The position numbers and the translations under genes were made by a program. A DNA stretch of 41,800 nucleotides from Acidimicrobiaceae bacterium (lineage in GTDB: Bacteria > Actinomycetota > Acidimicrobiia > Acidimicrobiales > Microtrichaceae): NCBI GenBank assembly GCA_043734285.1, contig JAYTFP010000017.1:1-41800 (forward strand), written 5' to 3'. The first letter of the stretch is position 1; every line of letters begins with the position of its first letter. The notes beneath the pieces were generated by a model that saw nothing but the letters and a program-made list of their open reading frames with translations, ran no database searches and was not told the origin of the DNA. Positions 18,933-27,832 of the stretch are shown here, piece after piece.

Positions 18933-21494
18933 ATGGCTGACGAAACACCGGATGACGACGACACGGAGATCCCGTCGGTCGCGCTGAGCTACGGATCGAT
19001 CGAGCCGATCGAGATCCAGACCGAGATGGAGCAGTCGTTCCTCGACTACGCCATGTCGGTCATCGTGTCGCGGGCCCTCCCCGACGTGCGCGACGGTTTC
19101 AAGCCGGTGCACCGCCGCATCCTGTGGGCCATGCACGAGGGCGGCCTGCGCCCCGACCGCCCCCACAAGAAGTGCGCCACGGTGGTCGGCGACGTGCTGG
19201 GCAAGTACCACCCGCACGGCGACCAGTCGGTGTACTTCGCGCTCGTGCGGATGGGCCAAGACTTCTCGGTGCGCCACGTGCTCATCGACAAGCACGGCAA
19301 CTTCGGTTCGCCCGATCCCGACGATCAGCCGGCTGCCTACCGCTACACCGAGTGCCGGTTGTCGAACCTCGCCACGCACATGCTCGACAACATCGACGAA
19401 GACACCGTCGACATGGTTGCGAACTTCGACGGCTCGACCGAAGAGCCGACGGTCATGCCGTCGCGTTTCCCGAACCTCCTGGTCAACGGCAGCCAGGGCA
19501 TCGCCGTGGGCATGGCCACGAACATCCCGCCGCACAACCTCGGCGAGATCATCGACGCCACGCTGCACCTGATCGACAACCCCGAGGCGACGGTCGAAGA
19601 CCTGATGCAGTTCGTCAAGGGCCCCGACTTCCCGACGGGCGGTCAGATCATGGGACGCGCCGGCATCCTCGACGCGTACCGCACCGGACGCGGTTCGGTG
19701 AAGATCCGCGCCAAGGCCGAGATCGTCGAGGGACCGCGGGGCGAGCAGATCGTCGTCAGCGAGATCCCGTACCAGACGTCGGTGCAGGCGATCGAGCAGA
19801 AGGCCGCCGAGCTCGTGAACGCCCGCGAGATCGAGGGCATCCGGGCGATCAAGAACCTCTCGGCGAAGGGCAAGATCCAGCTCGTTTTCGAGCTCAAGAA
19901 AGACGCGCCGGCGCTCGTCATCCTGAACAATCTGTACAAGCACACGCCGATGCAATCGAGCTTCCCGGTCAACATGGTGGCGCTCGTCGACAGCGTGCCC
20001 CGCACGCTCAGCCTGCGTGACGCGCTGCACCACTACGTCGAGCACCAGCGCGAGATCATCCGCCGCCGCTCCGAGTACCGCCTGCGCAAGGCGCGTGATC
20101 GGGCGCACATCGTCGAGGGCCTGCTGAAGGCGATCGACATGATCGACGCGATCATCGCGACCATCCGCGCGTCCGAAGACAAGTCCGCGGCGCGCGAGGC
20201 CCTGCTGGCTGCACCATTCGAGTTCAGCGAGGTACAGGCCGAGCACATCCTCGACATGCCGCTGTCGCGCCTCACCCGGCTTGGCAAGGCGAACCTCGAA
20301 GAAGAGATGGACAAGCTCCGCGAGACGATCATCGAGCTCGAGGCGATCCTCGGCGACACGGTCCGCCTCGACCAGGTGATCAAAGACGAGATGACGGCGA
20401 TCCGCGACGAGTTCGCCGACGAGCGCCGGTCGCCGTTGACGTTCGACCCGGGCGACCTCGACATCGAAGACCTCATCGACGACGAGGAGCTCGTGGTCAT
20501 GATGACGGCCAACGGCTACATCAAGACAGTGTCGGCCGACGCGTTCCGCACCCAGGGCCGCGGCGGTCGCGGCGTGGCGGGTACCAAGCTCAAGGACGAG
20601 GACTACGTCACCGACATCATCCACTCGAGCATGCACGCGTACCTGCTGTTCTTCTCGAACCGGGGCCGCGTCTACCGCCTGAAGGCGCACCAGATCCCGA
20701 TGATGGAGCGCACCGCGCGCGGCACCGCGTTGGTGAACCTGTTGCAGATGCAGCCGGGCGAGCACGTGCAGACCGTCATCGACACGCGTGACTACGAGTC
20801 GCACCGCTACCTGTTCTTCGTGACGCGCAACGGCGTGGTCAAGAAGACGCGCTTCAACGAGTACGACAACTCCCGACAGGCCGGGCTGATCGCGTTGAAC
20901 CTGCGTGAAGGCGACGAATTGGTGCGGGTGCTCGCGGTGAACGACGGGTCCGAGATCATGTGCGTCTCGCAGATGGGTCGGGGCATCCGATTCTCCGAGG
21001 CCGACGTGCGGCCCATGGGCCGTGCGGCAGCGGGTGTGCGAGGCATGCGCCTGAAATCGGGCGATCAGGTCGTCTCGGCCGACGTCGTGGCCGACGACCA
21101 CTTGCTGTTGGCGATCACCGACGGCGGGTTCGGCAAGCGGACCGAGCCCGACGCTTTCACGCGACAGGGTCGTGGTGGCCAGGGTGTGCGTGCGATTCGG
21201 CTGCACGCCAACAAGGGCAAGGTGGTCGCCGCGCTCATGGTGGGCGCCGATGACCAGCTGTTCCTCATCAACGACACCGGTGTGACCATCCGTGTGTCGG
21301 TCGGCGACATCTCGATCCAGGGCCGCGACGCGACCGGCGTGCGGGTCATGAACCTCGACGACGAGACCAAGGTGGTCGCCGTCGCACGCGTGCTGCAGAG
21401 CGACGACGACGACGAGGGGTCGGGCCCTGATGATGACGCGCCGAGCGCCGACGACGACGTGCTGAGCACCGGCGAGGCGACGAGCCCCGAGTAG
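18933..21494 (+). CDS. gyrA: DNA gyrase subunit A
   Basis: The region around the catalytic Tyr ([10 protein letters not shown]), a QRDR-like segment ([15 protein letters not shown]), beta-pinwheel repeats and an acidic tail are present. ATG 18933 follows CAGGAG. Confidence 0.97.
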   Translation: MADETPDDDDTEIPSVALSYGSIEPIEIQTEMEQSFLDYAMSVIVSRALPDVRDGFKPVHRRILWAMHEGGLRPDRPHKKCATVVGDVLGKYHPHGDQSVYFALVRMGQDFSVRHVLIDKHGNFGSPDPDDQPAAYRYTECRLSNLATHMLDNIDEDTVDMVANFDGSTEEPTVMPSRFPNLLVNGSQGIAVGMATNIPPHNLGEIIDATLHLIDNPEATVEDLMQFVKGPDFPTGGQIMGRAGILDAYRTGRGSVKIRAKAEIVEGPRGEQIVVSEIPYQTSVQAIEQKAAELVNAREIEGIRAIKNLSAKGKIQLVFELKKDAPALVILNNLYKHTPMQSSFPVNMVALVDSVPRTLSLRDALHHYVEHQREIIRRRSEYRLRKARDRAHIVEGLLKAIDMIDAIIATIRASEDKSAAREALLAAPFEFSEVQAEHILDMPLSRLTRLGKANLEEEMDKLRETIIELEAILGDTVRLDQVIKDEMTAIRDEFADERRSPLTFDPGDLDIEDLIDDEELVVMMTANGYIKTVSADAFRTQGRGGRGVAGTKLKDEDYVTDIIHSSMHAYLLFFSNRGRVYRLKAHQIPMMERTARGTALVNLLQMQPGEHVQTVIDTRDYESHRYLFFVTRNGVVKKTRFNEYDNSRQAGLIALNLREGDELVRVLAVNDGSEIMCVSQMGRGIRFSEADVRPMGRAAAGVRGMRLKSGDQVVSADVVADDHLLLAITDGGFGKRTEPDAFTRQGRGGQGVRAIRLHANKGKVVAALMVGADDQLFLINDTGVTIRVSVGDISIQGRDATGVRVMNLDDETKVVAVARVLQSDDDDEGSGPDDDAPSADDDVLSTGEATSPE

Positions 21495-21546
21495 CAGTCG
21501 CCAACTGCCGAACTTCCCCCGAGCTCGACAATTCTGAGGAGTGCTC

Positions 21547-21909
21547 ATGGGGAAGAACATGCGCGAACGCGGTCAGTCGACCGTCTGGTTGCTCGCGGTG
21601 CTGGTCCTGGCGGTGACGATCGCCTGGTCGCTCACCCGCCTCGCGGTCGATGCCGATCGTCGATCGTCCGCGCAGAGCACGGCGGATCTCGTCGCGCTTG
21701 CGGGGGTGACCGGCGGCCATGACGCGTCGGTCGCCGTGTCGCAACGCAACGGCGCGGTGATCGTCGACTGGTCGATCAACGACGGGCGCGTCTCAGCGAC
21801 GATCCGACGCGGTGACGTCACTGCGTCGTCGGCCGCAGCTCCTGACAGAGGCGAGCCCGACAACACAGTGCCCGACAACACAGTGCCCGACAGCGCCGCA
21901 GCAGGGTGA
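21547..21909 (+). CDS. TadE-like (Rv3654c/Rv3655c-type pseudopilin-like) small membrane protein
   Basis: ATG 21547 follows GAGGAG at 5 nt. The N-terminus ERGQSTVWLLAVLVLAVTIAWSLTRLAVDADRRSSAQSTADLVALAG resembles the helicase/secretion-neighbourhood TadE-like family. The C-terminus carries PDNTV repeats. Confidence 0.5.
   Translation: MGKNMRERGQSTVWLLAVLVLAVTIAWSLTRLAVDADRRSSAQSTADLVALAGVTGGHDASVAVSQRNGAVIVDWSINDGRVSATIRRGDVTASSAAAPDRGEPDNTVPDNTVPDSAAAG
21856..21894 (+). repeat. Tandem 15-bp repeat CCCGACAACACAGTG x2 plus a partial third copy
   Basis: Identical units lie at 21856-21870 and 21871-21885, followed by CCCGACAGC. They encode PDNTVPDNTVPDS. Confidence 0.9.
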
Positions 21910-21944
21910 TCCCGATCAGGGCAAGCGTTGTTTAGACTCCGCCT

Positions 21945-22403
21945 GTGACTGAAGCCTCGGAGTCGACCACGACGACTTCTGTCGCCCCCTCGTCAGTACG
22001 CCGCAACGAGGTGCGCCGCGGTCACCAGCAGTTCGAGGCCCGCAAGGTGCGCCGCCTGATCCGCCACATCGACCCGTGGTCGGTGTTGAAGTGCTCGCTG
22101 GTGTTCTTCGTCTGCATCTGGGTGATGTTCATGGTCGCCGGCATCATCGTGTGGACCGTCGCCGCAAGCACCGGAACCGTCGACAAGCTGATCAGCTTCA
22201 TCCAGCAGTTCGGCTACGCGGACGTGAAGCTCACCGGATCGTTCATATTGCGGCAGTACGGGCTCATCGGTCTGGTGCTGACGTTCGCCGCGACGCTGGC
22301 GAGCGTGGTCGGTGCCGTCGTCTTCAACCTGATCAGCGACCTCATCGGAGGGGTCTGGATCACGGTGATCGAAGAGGAGTCGGCGCGGCCCGTTTCGGGC
22401 TAG
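21945..22403 (+). CDS. DUF3566 transmembrane protein (C-terminal Rv0007-like)
   Basis: Motifs RHIDPWSVLKCSLVFF and VVFNLISDLIGGVWITVIEEE are present. The position after gyrA is conserved. GTG 21945 lies 6 nt after the -10-like TAGACT, so the transcript may be leaderless. Confidence 0.8.
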   Translation: MTEASESTTTTSVAPSSVRRNEVRRGHQQFEARKVRRLIRHIDPWSVLKCSLVFFVCIWVMFMVAGIIVWTVAASTGTVDKLISFIQQFGYADVKLTGSFILRQYGLIGLVLTFAATLASVVGAVVFNLISDLIGGVWITVIEEESARPVSG

Positions 22404-22443
22404 CCCGTTCCGCGGTCGATCCTGTATGTTCGGCGTTCCCTAC

Positions 22444-22517
<74 letters not shown>

Positions 22518-22542
22518 CTGCCCACTCTGCGAGGAGCATTCG

Positions 22543-22749
22543 ATGCGAGCACTGCGACGAGCTGTCCTCGCCATGGGTCTCGCGGCGCTGGCCGCCGCAA
22601 TCGTCCGGGTTCGCGGCCGCGGTGGCACTCCGCCGTCCAACCCGTCGTGGCAGGAGGTCACCATCGACCTCGCCGAGGCGCCGGTCGAGCCGGCCGCCGC
22701 TGATGGGCCGTCCGCGGTGCCCACCGACGACCGAGAAACTGCCAACTGA
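22543..22749 (+). CDS. Small hypothetical protein with an N-terminal hydrophobic segment
   Basis: GAGGAG lies 6 nt upstream of ATG 22543 and GC3 is high. The N-terminus is MRALRRAVLAMGLAALAAAIV, followed by an acidic/Pro tail. I recognise no family. Confidence 0.4.
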   Translation: MRALRRAVLAMGLAALAAAIVRVRGRGGTPPSNPSWQEVTIDLAEAPVEPAAADGPSAVPTDDRETAN

Positions 22750-22835
22750 AGGGTTCAGTTCGAGTCGGCCCCGGTCGATAGAACTCGTACATACGACAGC
22801 GCGGGCTCTCGGCTGACAGGACCCGTTGGCAGGGG

Positions 22836-22856
22836 ATTTTCGGATGTTCCGAAAAA
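22836..22856. promoter_or_regulatory. AT-rich hairpin/palindrome ATTTTCGGA-TGT-TCCGAAAAT upstream of the sigma gene
   Basis: It has 9-bp perfect arms and a 3-nt centre, and stands out in otherwise GC-rich DNA. It lies 64 nt upstream of GTG 22920. Confidence 0.35.
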
Positions 22857-22919
22857 TCTCTCAAGTTCTTCGCCGCGCCCGTCGATACCTCCTCTGCTGG
22901 CGATGTGGAGGAGACAGCA

Positions 22920-23807
22920 GTGTCGGAAACTCAGGCGACGGAGACCAAGACGATCACGCGGTTGATCGAGCACAATCTGGAACTGGTGAATCACATCGTG
23001 TTCCAGGTGGCGGTGCACTTTCCCCGCCACGTCGACCGTGACGAGCTCGCCCGGGCAGGCGCGCTGGGTCTGGTCGAGGCGGCGAAGCGGTTCGACGAGT
23101 CGAAGGGCGTCCCGTTCCAGCGGTTCGCCGCCCAGCGGATCCGCGGTGCGATCATCGACGCCGTGCGTGCGGCCGACTGGGCGCCGAGGTCGGTGCGCAG
23201 CCTGGCGCGTCGCCTCGATGCAACCGAGCAGCGGCTCGCGTCGCAGCTGGGCCGGCTGCCCAACATCGACGAGATGTCCGAGGCCCTCGGACTCTCCAAG
23301 GACGAGCTGCACCGACTGCAGGACCGTTTGTTCCGTTCGGTCGTGTTGGCGTTCGACCACCTGGTCGCCGACGGTCCGGACGAGGAGCTCACGCTCGTCG
23401 ACGTGATCATCGACCGCAGCGCGGTCGAGCCGTCGCACGAACTCGAGGAGCGCGAACTCCACGCCTACCTGCGTGACGCCCTCGCCCTGTTGCCGGAGCG
23501 GCAGCGACTCGTCGTCGTGGGGTACTTCCTCCAGGACAAGACGTCGCAGGAGCTTGCACGATTCCTCGGGGTCACCGAGTCGCGGGTCTCGCAGATGCGC
23601 ACCGAGGCGCTCGAGGCGCTGCGTAAGGGCATCGAGGCGCAGTACGAGACGGCCGCAGCCGATGCCGAGCCGCCAACGGGCCGTCAGATGAAGCGCGAGG
23701 CGTCGTACGCCACGGCCATCGGCGAGCGCCAGGACTGGAAGGACCGGATCGGCGAGACAGCCGGGTTGGCCGACGAAGACTTCGTTCGCCGCCTGCTGTC
23801 GGTCTGA
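22920..23807 (+). CDS. FliA/WhiG-family (group 3, sigma-28-like) sigma factor with a C-terminal extension
   Basis: The hallmark AADWAPRSVRSLARRL is present. Region 2 is seen as GLVEAAKRFDESKGVPFQRFAAQRIRGAIIDAVR and region 4 as TSQELARFLGVTESRVSQMRTEAL. GTG 22920 has GGAGGAG 6 nt upstream; the listed ORF starts at GTG 22905. Confidence 0.85.
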   Translation: MSETQATETKTITRLIEHNLELVNHIVFQVAVHFPRHVDRDELARAGALGLVEAAKRFDESKGVPFQRFAAQRIRGAIIDAVRAADWAPRSVRSLARRLDATEQRLASQLGRLPNIDEMSEALGLSKDELHRLQDRLFRSVVLAFDHLVADGPDEELTLVDVIIDRSAVEPSHELEERELHAYLRDALALLPERQRLVVVGYFLQDKTSQELARFLGVTESRVSQMRTEALEALRKGIEAQYETAAADAEPPTGRQMKREASYATAIGERQDWKDRIGETAGLADEDFVRRLLSV

Positions 23808-23822
23808 GCGGTCGAGTCGGCC

Positions 23823-24530
23823 TCAGGTCGCCGCGAGGAACCGGGCGACCAACTCGCCATCACCGAGCACCTCGAGTTGGTCGGGGCTGACCCTGCCCCA
23901 TACGAGCAGGCACAGATCGCTGAGCGATCCTCGCACCGCGGCGTCACCCTTGTGGTGGCCGTGCGAGACAGCGAACGACTCGTCGGCGAACTCGAACAGC
24001 CACTCGCCCTCGCCGTCGGTGCCGTGGAGATGGATCGATCCGGCGATGCCCGCTCCGGGGCTCCAGCTCCGGGATGTCCGCAACATGACCCACTCGTCGA
24101 TGCCGTCGGCGGCGAGTTCGATCGGGTCGGGAGCGGGGCCGAGCGCCGTCTGGGCGTCCCAGCGGTGCACCGCGTTCTCGAACACCTGGCGCCGAAGCCA
24201 CCACTGCGCCGGTCGGGGTCCGACGAAGGTCGGGCGCACCGACTCGAGATCGACGCTCGACAGGGCGCCGACCAACTCGGCTGCCCCCTCGGCGAACCAG
24301 TCGGCGACATCGATGCTGCTGTCGAGCCGAGGCGGGAACGACGGCATCGGGTCGTCGGGGCCGCTGGCGAGTGCGGCGAGCACCCAGCGGTGCACTCGCC
24401 CCAAGTGCTCGAGCAGATCGGTCATCGACCAACCTGGGCACGACGGCACCTCGGCGCCGAGGCGATCGCGGGGGACGGCACCGATGATCGCGACGTCCCG
24501 CGAAAGCGTCGTCAGGTAGGTGTCCGTCAT
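23823..24530 (-). CDS. Mycothiol-dependent maleylpyruvate isomerase family (DinB-fold) protein
   Basis: ATG 24530 lies inside listed ORF 23823-24662 and overlaps the upstream stop (ATGA). The N-terminal pattern PSCPGWSMTDLLEHLGRVHRW is typical of the MDMPI_N/DinB fold. Confidence 0.75.
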   Translation of the reverse strand: MTDTYLTTLSRDVAIIGAVPRDRLGAEVPSCPGWSMTDLLEHLGRVHRWVLAALASGPDDPMPSFPPRLDSSIDVADWFAEGAAELVGALSSVDLESVRPTFVGPRPAQWWLRRQVFENAVHRWDAQTALGPAPDPIELAADGIDEWVMLRTSRSWSPGAGIAGSIHLHGTDGEGEWLFEFADESFAVSHGHHKGDAAVRGSLSDLCLLVWGRVSPDQLEVLGDGELVARFLAAT

Positions 24531-25300
24531 CGACCGTTCAACATGGCGATGACGTCGTCGTGGAGCACGCCGTTGGTCGCCACCGCGGTGCCGGTGGTGG
24601 CATCGGGTGAGCCGTCGAGCGCGGAGAGTCGACCGCCGGCCTCGGGGATGATCACCTCGCACGGAGCGATGTCCCAGTAGTTCACGATCGGATCGACCAT
24701 CGCGTCGATGCGGCCGGTCGCCACGAGCAGGTAGCCGTAGCCGTCACCCCACGTGCGCAACAGCATCTCGCTGCGACGTGCTCGTTCGAGCACCTCAGGA
24801 TCCCAGAGCTCGAACGCGCTGGTCGACAACGCGGAACCCTTCAGGTCGGTCGACGAGCTCACCTTGCACGGCGTGCCGTTGAACCAGGCGCCGAGCCCGC
24901 GACCGGCCCACACCATCTCGTCGAGCGCGGGGACGTTGATCACGCCGACGGCAGGGCCGTGCTCGTCTTCGAAGTACAGCAGGTTGGCGTACAGCCCCAC
25001 ACCGCGCGTGAACGATTCGGTGCCGTCGATGGGGTCGATGACCCACCGCCGGCCACTGGTGCCAGCGGTGTCGTCGTGCTCCTCGCCCTCGACGGCATCG
25101 TCGGGGAACGCGTCGCGGATGCGGGCACGCAGGAGTCGTTCGACCTCGTGGTCGACCTCGGTGACGGGGGAGCCGTCGGCCTTGCGAACCACGTCGAACG
25201 TGGCCGACTGGAAGTGACTCAGGGTGTAGGTACCGGCTTCGCGGACGATGCCGATGGCGAACTCCAGCAGGGTTGGATCGGCTGGTGGGGTCATGGACAC
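24527..25300 (-). CDS. Inositol monophosphatase family protein (HisN-like subfamily features)
   Basis: Motifs GEEH, WVIDPIDGTESF, WGDGYGYLLVATGRIDAMVD and WDIAPCEVIIPEAGG are present. The start is GTG 25300 or ATG 25294. Confidence 0.85.
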   Translation of the reverse strand: MSMTPPADPTLLEFAIGIVREAGTYTLSHFQSATFDVVRKADGSPVTEVDHEVERLLRARIRDAFPDDAVEGEEHDDTAGTSGRRWVIDPIDGTESFTRGVGLYANLLYFEDEHGPAVGVINVPALDEMVWAGRGLGAWFNGTPCKVSSSTDLKGSALSTSAFELWDPEVLERARRSEMLLRTWGDGYGYLLVATGRIDAMVDPIVNYWDIAPCEVIIPEAGGRLSALDGSPDATTGTAVATNGVLHDDVIAMLNGR

Positions 25301-25301
25301 A

Positions 25302-26087
25302 TCATTGTCCGCGGGGAGGCCGCGGGAAGAACGCGGAGGTTCGAGACACGTACTCGGCGTAGCCCGGGCGTCGTTTGGTGAGCGACTTCTCGAGCAGCGT
25401 CACCCCTGAGACACGCAGCAGGAGCACGCTCATCGTCAGCGGTCCGATGACCGAGACGACGGCCGGCCACGATCGAGCGCCGACCGCGAAGATGCCCCAC
25501 CACACGCAGAAGTCGCCGAAGTAGTTGGGATGGCGGGTGTAGCGCCAGAGCCCGCGGTCCATCACGGCGCCTGCGTTGGCGGGGTCGGACTTGAACCGAG
25601 CGAGTTGCGCGTCACCGAGGGCCTCGAAGCACAGCCCGACCGCCCAGACCGCGACGCCGACTGCGGTGAGGAGGTCGACACGCTCCTGATGATCGGTCTG
25701 CATCCCGAAGGGGAGCGGCAGCGAGACGACGAACATCAGCGCGCCCTGCGTGACGAAGACGGTGACGAAGCTGACGAGACCGAATCTCGAACCGATCCGT
25801 CGTCGCATCGCCGCGTAGCGGAAGTCTTCGCCGGCGCCGTGGTTGCGCCACCAGAGGTAACCCGCGAGGCGCAGGCCCCACAAGGTCACCATTGTCAGCA
25901 GAACGGTGGATCGTGCGCCCGTGGTGTCGGTCACCGCCCAACTGGTCCAGCCGACCACCACGAACCCGAAGCCCCACACGATGTCGACGATGCTGGCGTT
26001 GTGCTTCACGAGGCTGACGAGCCAGGTCAGGGTCATCAGAGCGCCGATGGCGATTGCGTTGGTGAGGAGCGTGCCCGAGGTACTCAT
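25302..26087 (-). CDS. DUF1295 / steroid-5-alpha-reductase-like integral membrane protein
   Basis: It is multi-TM and carries RYTRHPNYFGDFCVWWG. It ends 1 nt before the next gene's start. Confidence 0.78.
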   Translation of the reverse strand: MSTSGTLLTNAIAIGALMTLTWLVSLVKHNASIVDIVWGFGFVVVGWTSWAVTDTTGARSTVLLTMVTLWGLRLAGYLWWRNHGAGEDFRYAAMRRRIGSRFGLVSFVTVFVTQGALMFVVSLPLPFGMQTDHQERVDLLTAVGVAVWAVGLCFEALGDAQLARFKSDPANAGAVMDRGLWRYTRHPNYFGDFCVWWGIFAVGARSWPAVVSVIGPLTMSVLLLRVSGVTLLEKSLTKRRPGYAEYVSRTSAFFPRPPRGQ

Positions 26088-26098
26088 GATGACGACCG

Positions 26099-26440
26099 AT
26101 GCGCCGACAGGACCGGGTGTCCTGGTTGACCACGACGTGCCCCGGCTGTGGCGTCATCGACGTGCCGGTTGCCCGAGCGGTGCTGCGCGTCCGCGATCGT
26201 GACGGCGGGGCGACGTGCCTGATGCGCTGTCCCGACTGTGATGGACGTCTGGCCAAGGAGGCCGACGGCCCCATGACGGTGATGCTGCTGGCCGTCGGTA
26301 TCGAGGTGTCGTACTGGCCTGTGGACACCGCCGCGAACGAGGACCGATCGACAACGCCGATCACCCACGACGACCTGGTCGAGTTCGCGCGGGTGTTGGC
26401 GGATGATGCCCGGGTCGAATCCGGTCTCGCGGTGTTCTGA
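26099..26440 (+). CDS. Small zinc-ribbon-like hypothetical protein (CPGC...CPDC)
   Basis: GC3 is high and two CxxC pairs are about 24 aa apart. The start is ATG 26099 or GTG 26117. Confidence 0.5.
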   Translation: MRRQDRVSWLTTTCPGCGVIDVPVARAVLRVRDRDGGATCLMRCPDCDGRLAKEADGPMTVMLLAVGIEVSYWPVDTAANEDRSTTPITHDDLVEFARVLADDARVESGLAVF

Positions 26441-26522
26441 GTCGGTCACGGGGACGGATCCTAGGGCATCTGTCACTGAATCCTGACTTGTTTGGTCGGG
26501 ATTCGGCTCGTACGCTGACATC

Positions 26523-27020
26523 GTGAGTGTGAACGAGTTCTTCGGATTTCCCGATCCCGTCAACGAGGTCTCCGCCCGACTGGTCGCGGCGGGGGTCGTC
26601 GTGATGTGTGCAGCGCTGCTCGCGACCGGGTGGATGTGGATCTTGATCCCGCTCACCTACGGCTTCGTCGCCCGCGTCCTGACCGGGCCCACGCTGAGTC
26701 CGCTCGGTACGTTCGTGACGCGAGTCGTCACGCCACGGCTGGCGATCGCCCCGCGCCCGACCCCGGGACCACCGAAGCGCTTCGCTCAGGGCGTTGGAGC
26801 GACGTTCTCGATCGTCGCGGTACTGGCCGTCTCCCTGGGTGGATCAGCCGCCGCCGCGAAGGTCTTCGTCGCGATGATCCTCGTGGCCGCCACGCTCGAG
26901 TCGGCGCTGGGGTTCTGTGTCGGCTGCAAGATGTTCGCACTCCTCATGCGCATCGGGCTCGTCCCCGAGTCGGTGTGCGAGAGCTGCAACGATCTGAGTC
27001 GCCGGACTGTTGCCGCCTGA
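26523..27020 (+). CDS. DUF4395 membrane protein
   Basis: Motifs NEVSARLVAAGVV, GPPKRFAQGVGATFS and LESALGFCVGCKMF match my recollection of DUF4395. Confidence 0.72.
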   Translation: MSVNEFFGFPDPVNEVSARLVAAGVVVMCAALLATGWMWILIPLTYGFVARVLTGPTLSPLGTFVTRVVTPRLAIAPRPTPGPPKRFAQGVGATFSIVAVLAVSLGGSAAAAKVFVAMILVAATLESALGFCVGCKMFALLMRIGLVPESVCESCNDLSRRTVAA

Positions 27021-27055
27021 CGCGTTCCGCGCGGCGGCACCACTACCGTGACGCT

Positions 27056-27832
27056 GTGCTGATCGCCGCGATCCAGACCGACGTCGTCTGGCACGACCTT
27101 CGGGCGAATCTCGATCGAGTCGGCGAACTGATCGGCGAGTCGGCCGCCGCCGGTGCGACGCTGGCTGTGCTGCCCGAGATGTTCGCGACCGGGTTCTCGA
27201 TGGACACCGACCTGGTCGCCGGCCAGGGCGAATCGGTGATCGACGCGATGACGGCGCAGGCGGCTCGGCACGGGCTGTGGGTTGCCGGGTCGGTCGCGCG
27301 CTTCGACGGCGACGACCCACGGCCGGTCAACGAGTTCGTGGCGGTGTCGCCGACGGGCACCACGCGTCGCTACGCGAAGCGGCACCCGTTCAGCCTCGGG
27401 GGTGAGGACGCTCAGTACCGGTCGGGCGACGCGCTCGTGACGATCGACATCGAAGGTGTGAGGATCACGCCGTTCGTGTGTTACGACCTGCGCTTCGGTC
27501 CCGACTTCTGGGATCGAGCCCTCGACACCGATGCCTATGTGGTCGTTGCGAACTGGCCCACGGCTCGCGTCGAGCACTGGAAGGTGCTGCTCCGGGCGCG
27601 GGCGATCGAGAACCAGGCCTATGTCATCGGCGTGAACCGCGTCGGTGAGGGCGGGGGAGTGTCCTACCCCGGCGCGAGCGCAGTGGTCGATCCGTTCGGC
27701 GCGGTGGTGGCCCAGGCCGCAGCGGCCGAGTCGGTACTGATCGCCGAGATCGATCCGAAGGTCGTCGCCGCCTGTCGCCGATCGCTGCCGTTCCTCACGG
27801 ATCGTGGCCCGGGCCCGACGGGAGAGGGGTGA
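27056..27832 (+). CDS. Carbon-nitrogen hydrolase, omega-amidase (YafV/Nit2)-like
   Basis: The E-K-C triad contexts are LPEMF, AKRHPF and FVCYDLRF, plus ANWPTARVEHWKVLLRARAIENQAYVIGVNRVG. GTG 27056 is used. The listed ORF start 26606 is an extension overlapping the DUF4395 gene. Confidence 0.87.
   Translation: MLIAAIQTDVVWHDLRANLDRVGELIGESAAAGATLAVLPEMFATGFSMDTDLVAGQGESVIDAMTAQAARHGLWVAGSVARFDGDDPRPVNEFVAVSPTGTTRRYAKRHPFSLGGEDAQYRSGDALVTIDIEGVRITPFVCYDLRFGPDFWDRALDTDAYVVVANWPTARVEHWKVLLRARAIENQAYVIGVNRVGEGGGVSYPGASAVVDPFGAVVAQAAAAESVLIAEIDPKVVAACRRSLPFLTDRGPGPTGEG

Noticed and set aside
18933-21494. Possible inteins or insertions in GyrA, GyrB, DnaN or RecF
   Set aside because: All have ordinary lengths and uninterrupted motif order. 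No Cys/Ser...His-Asn splice junction blocks are seen.
22518-22542. A tRNA-Ala expected after tRNA-Ile, as in the mycobacterial origin region
   Set aside because: No cloverleaf can be folded downstream of 22517. The sequence runs straight into an SD plus ATG of a small ORF.
26606-27055. N-terminal 150-aa extension of the C-N hydrolase ORF (listed start 26606)
   Set aside because: The extension overlaps the well-supported DUF4395 gene in another frame and is Arg-rich. Hydrolase homology begins only at VLIAAIQ (GTG 27056).
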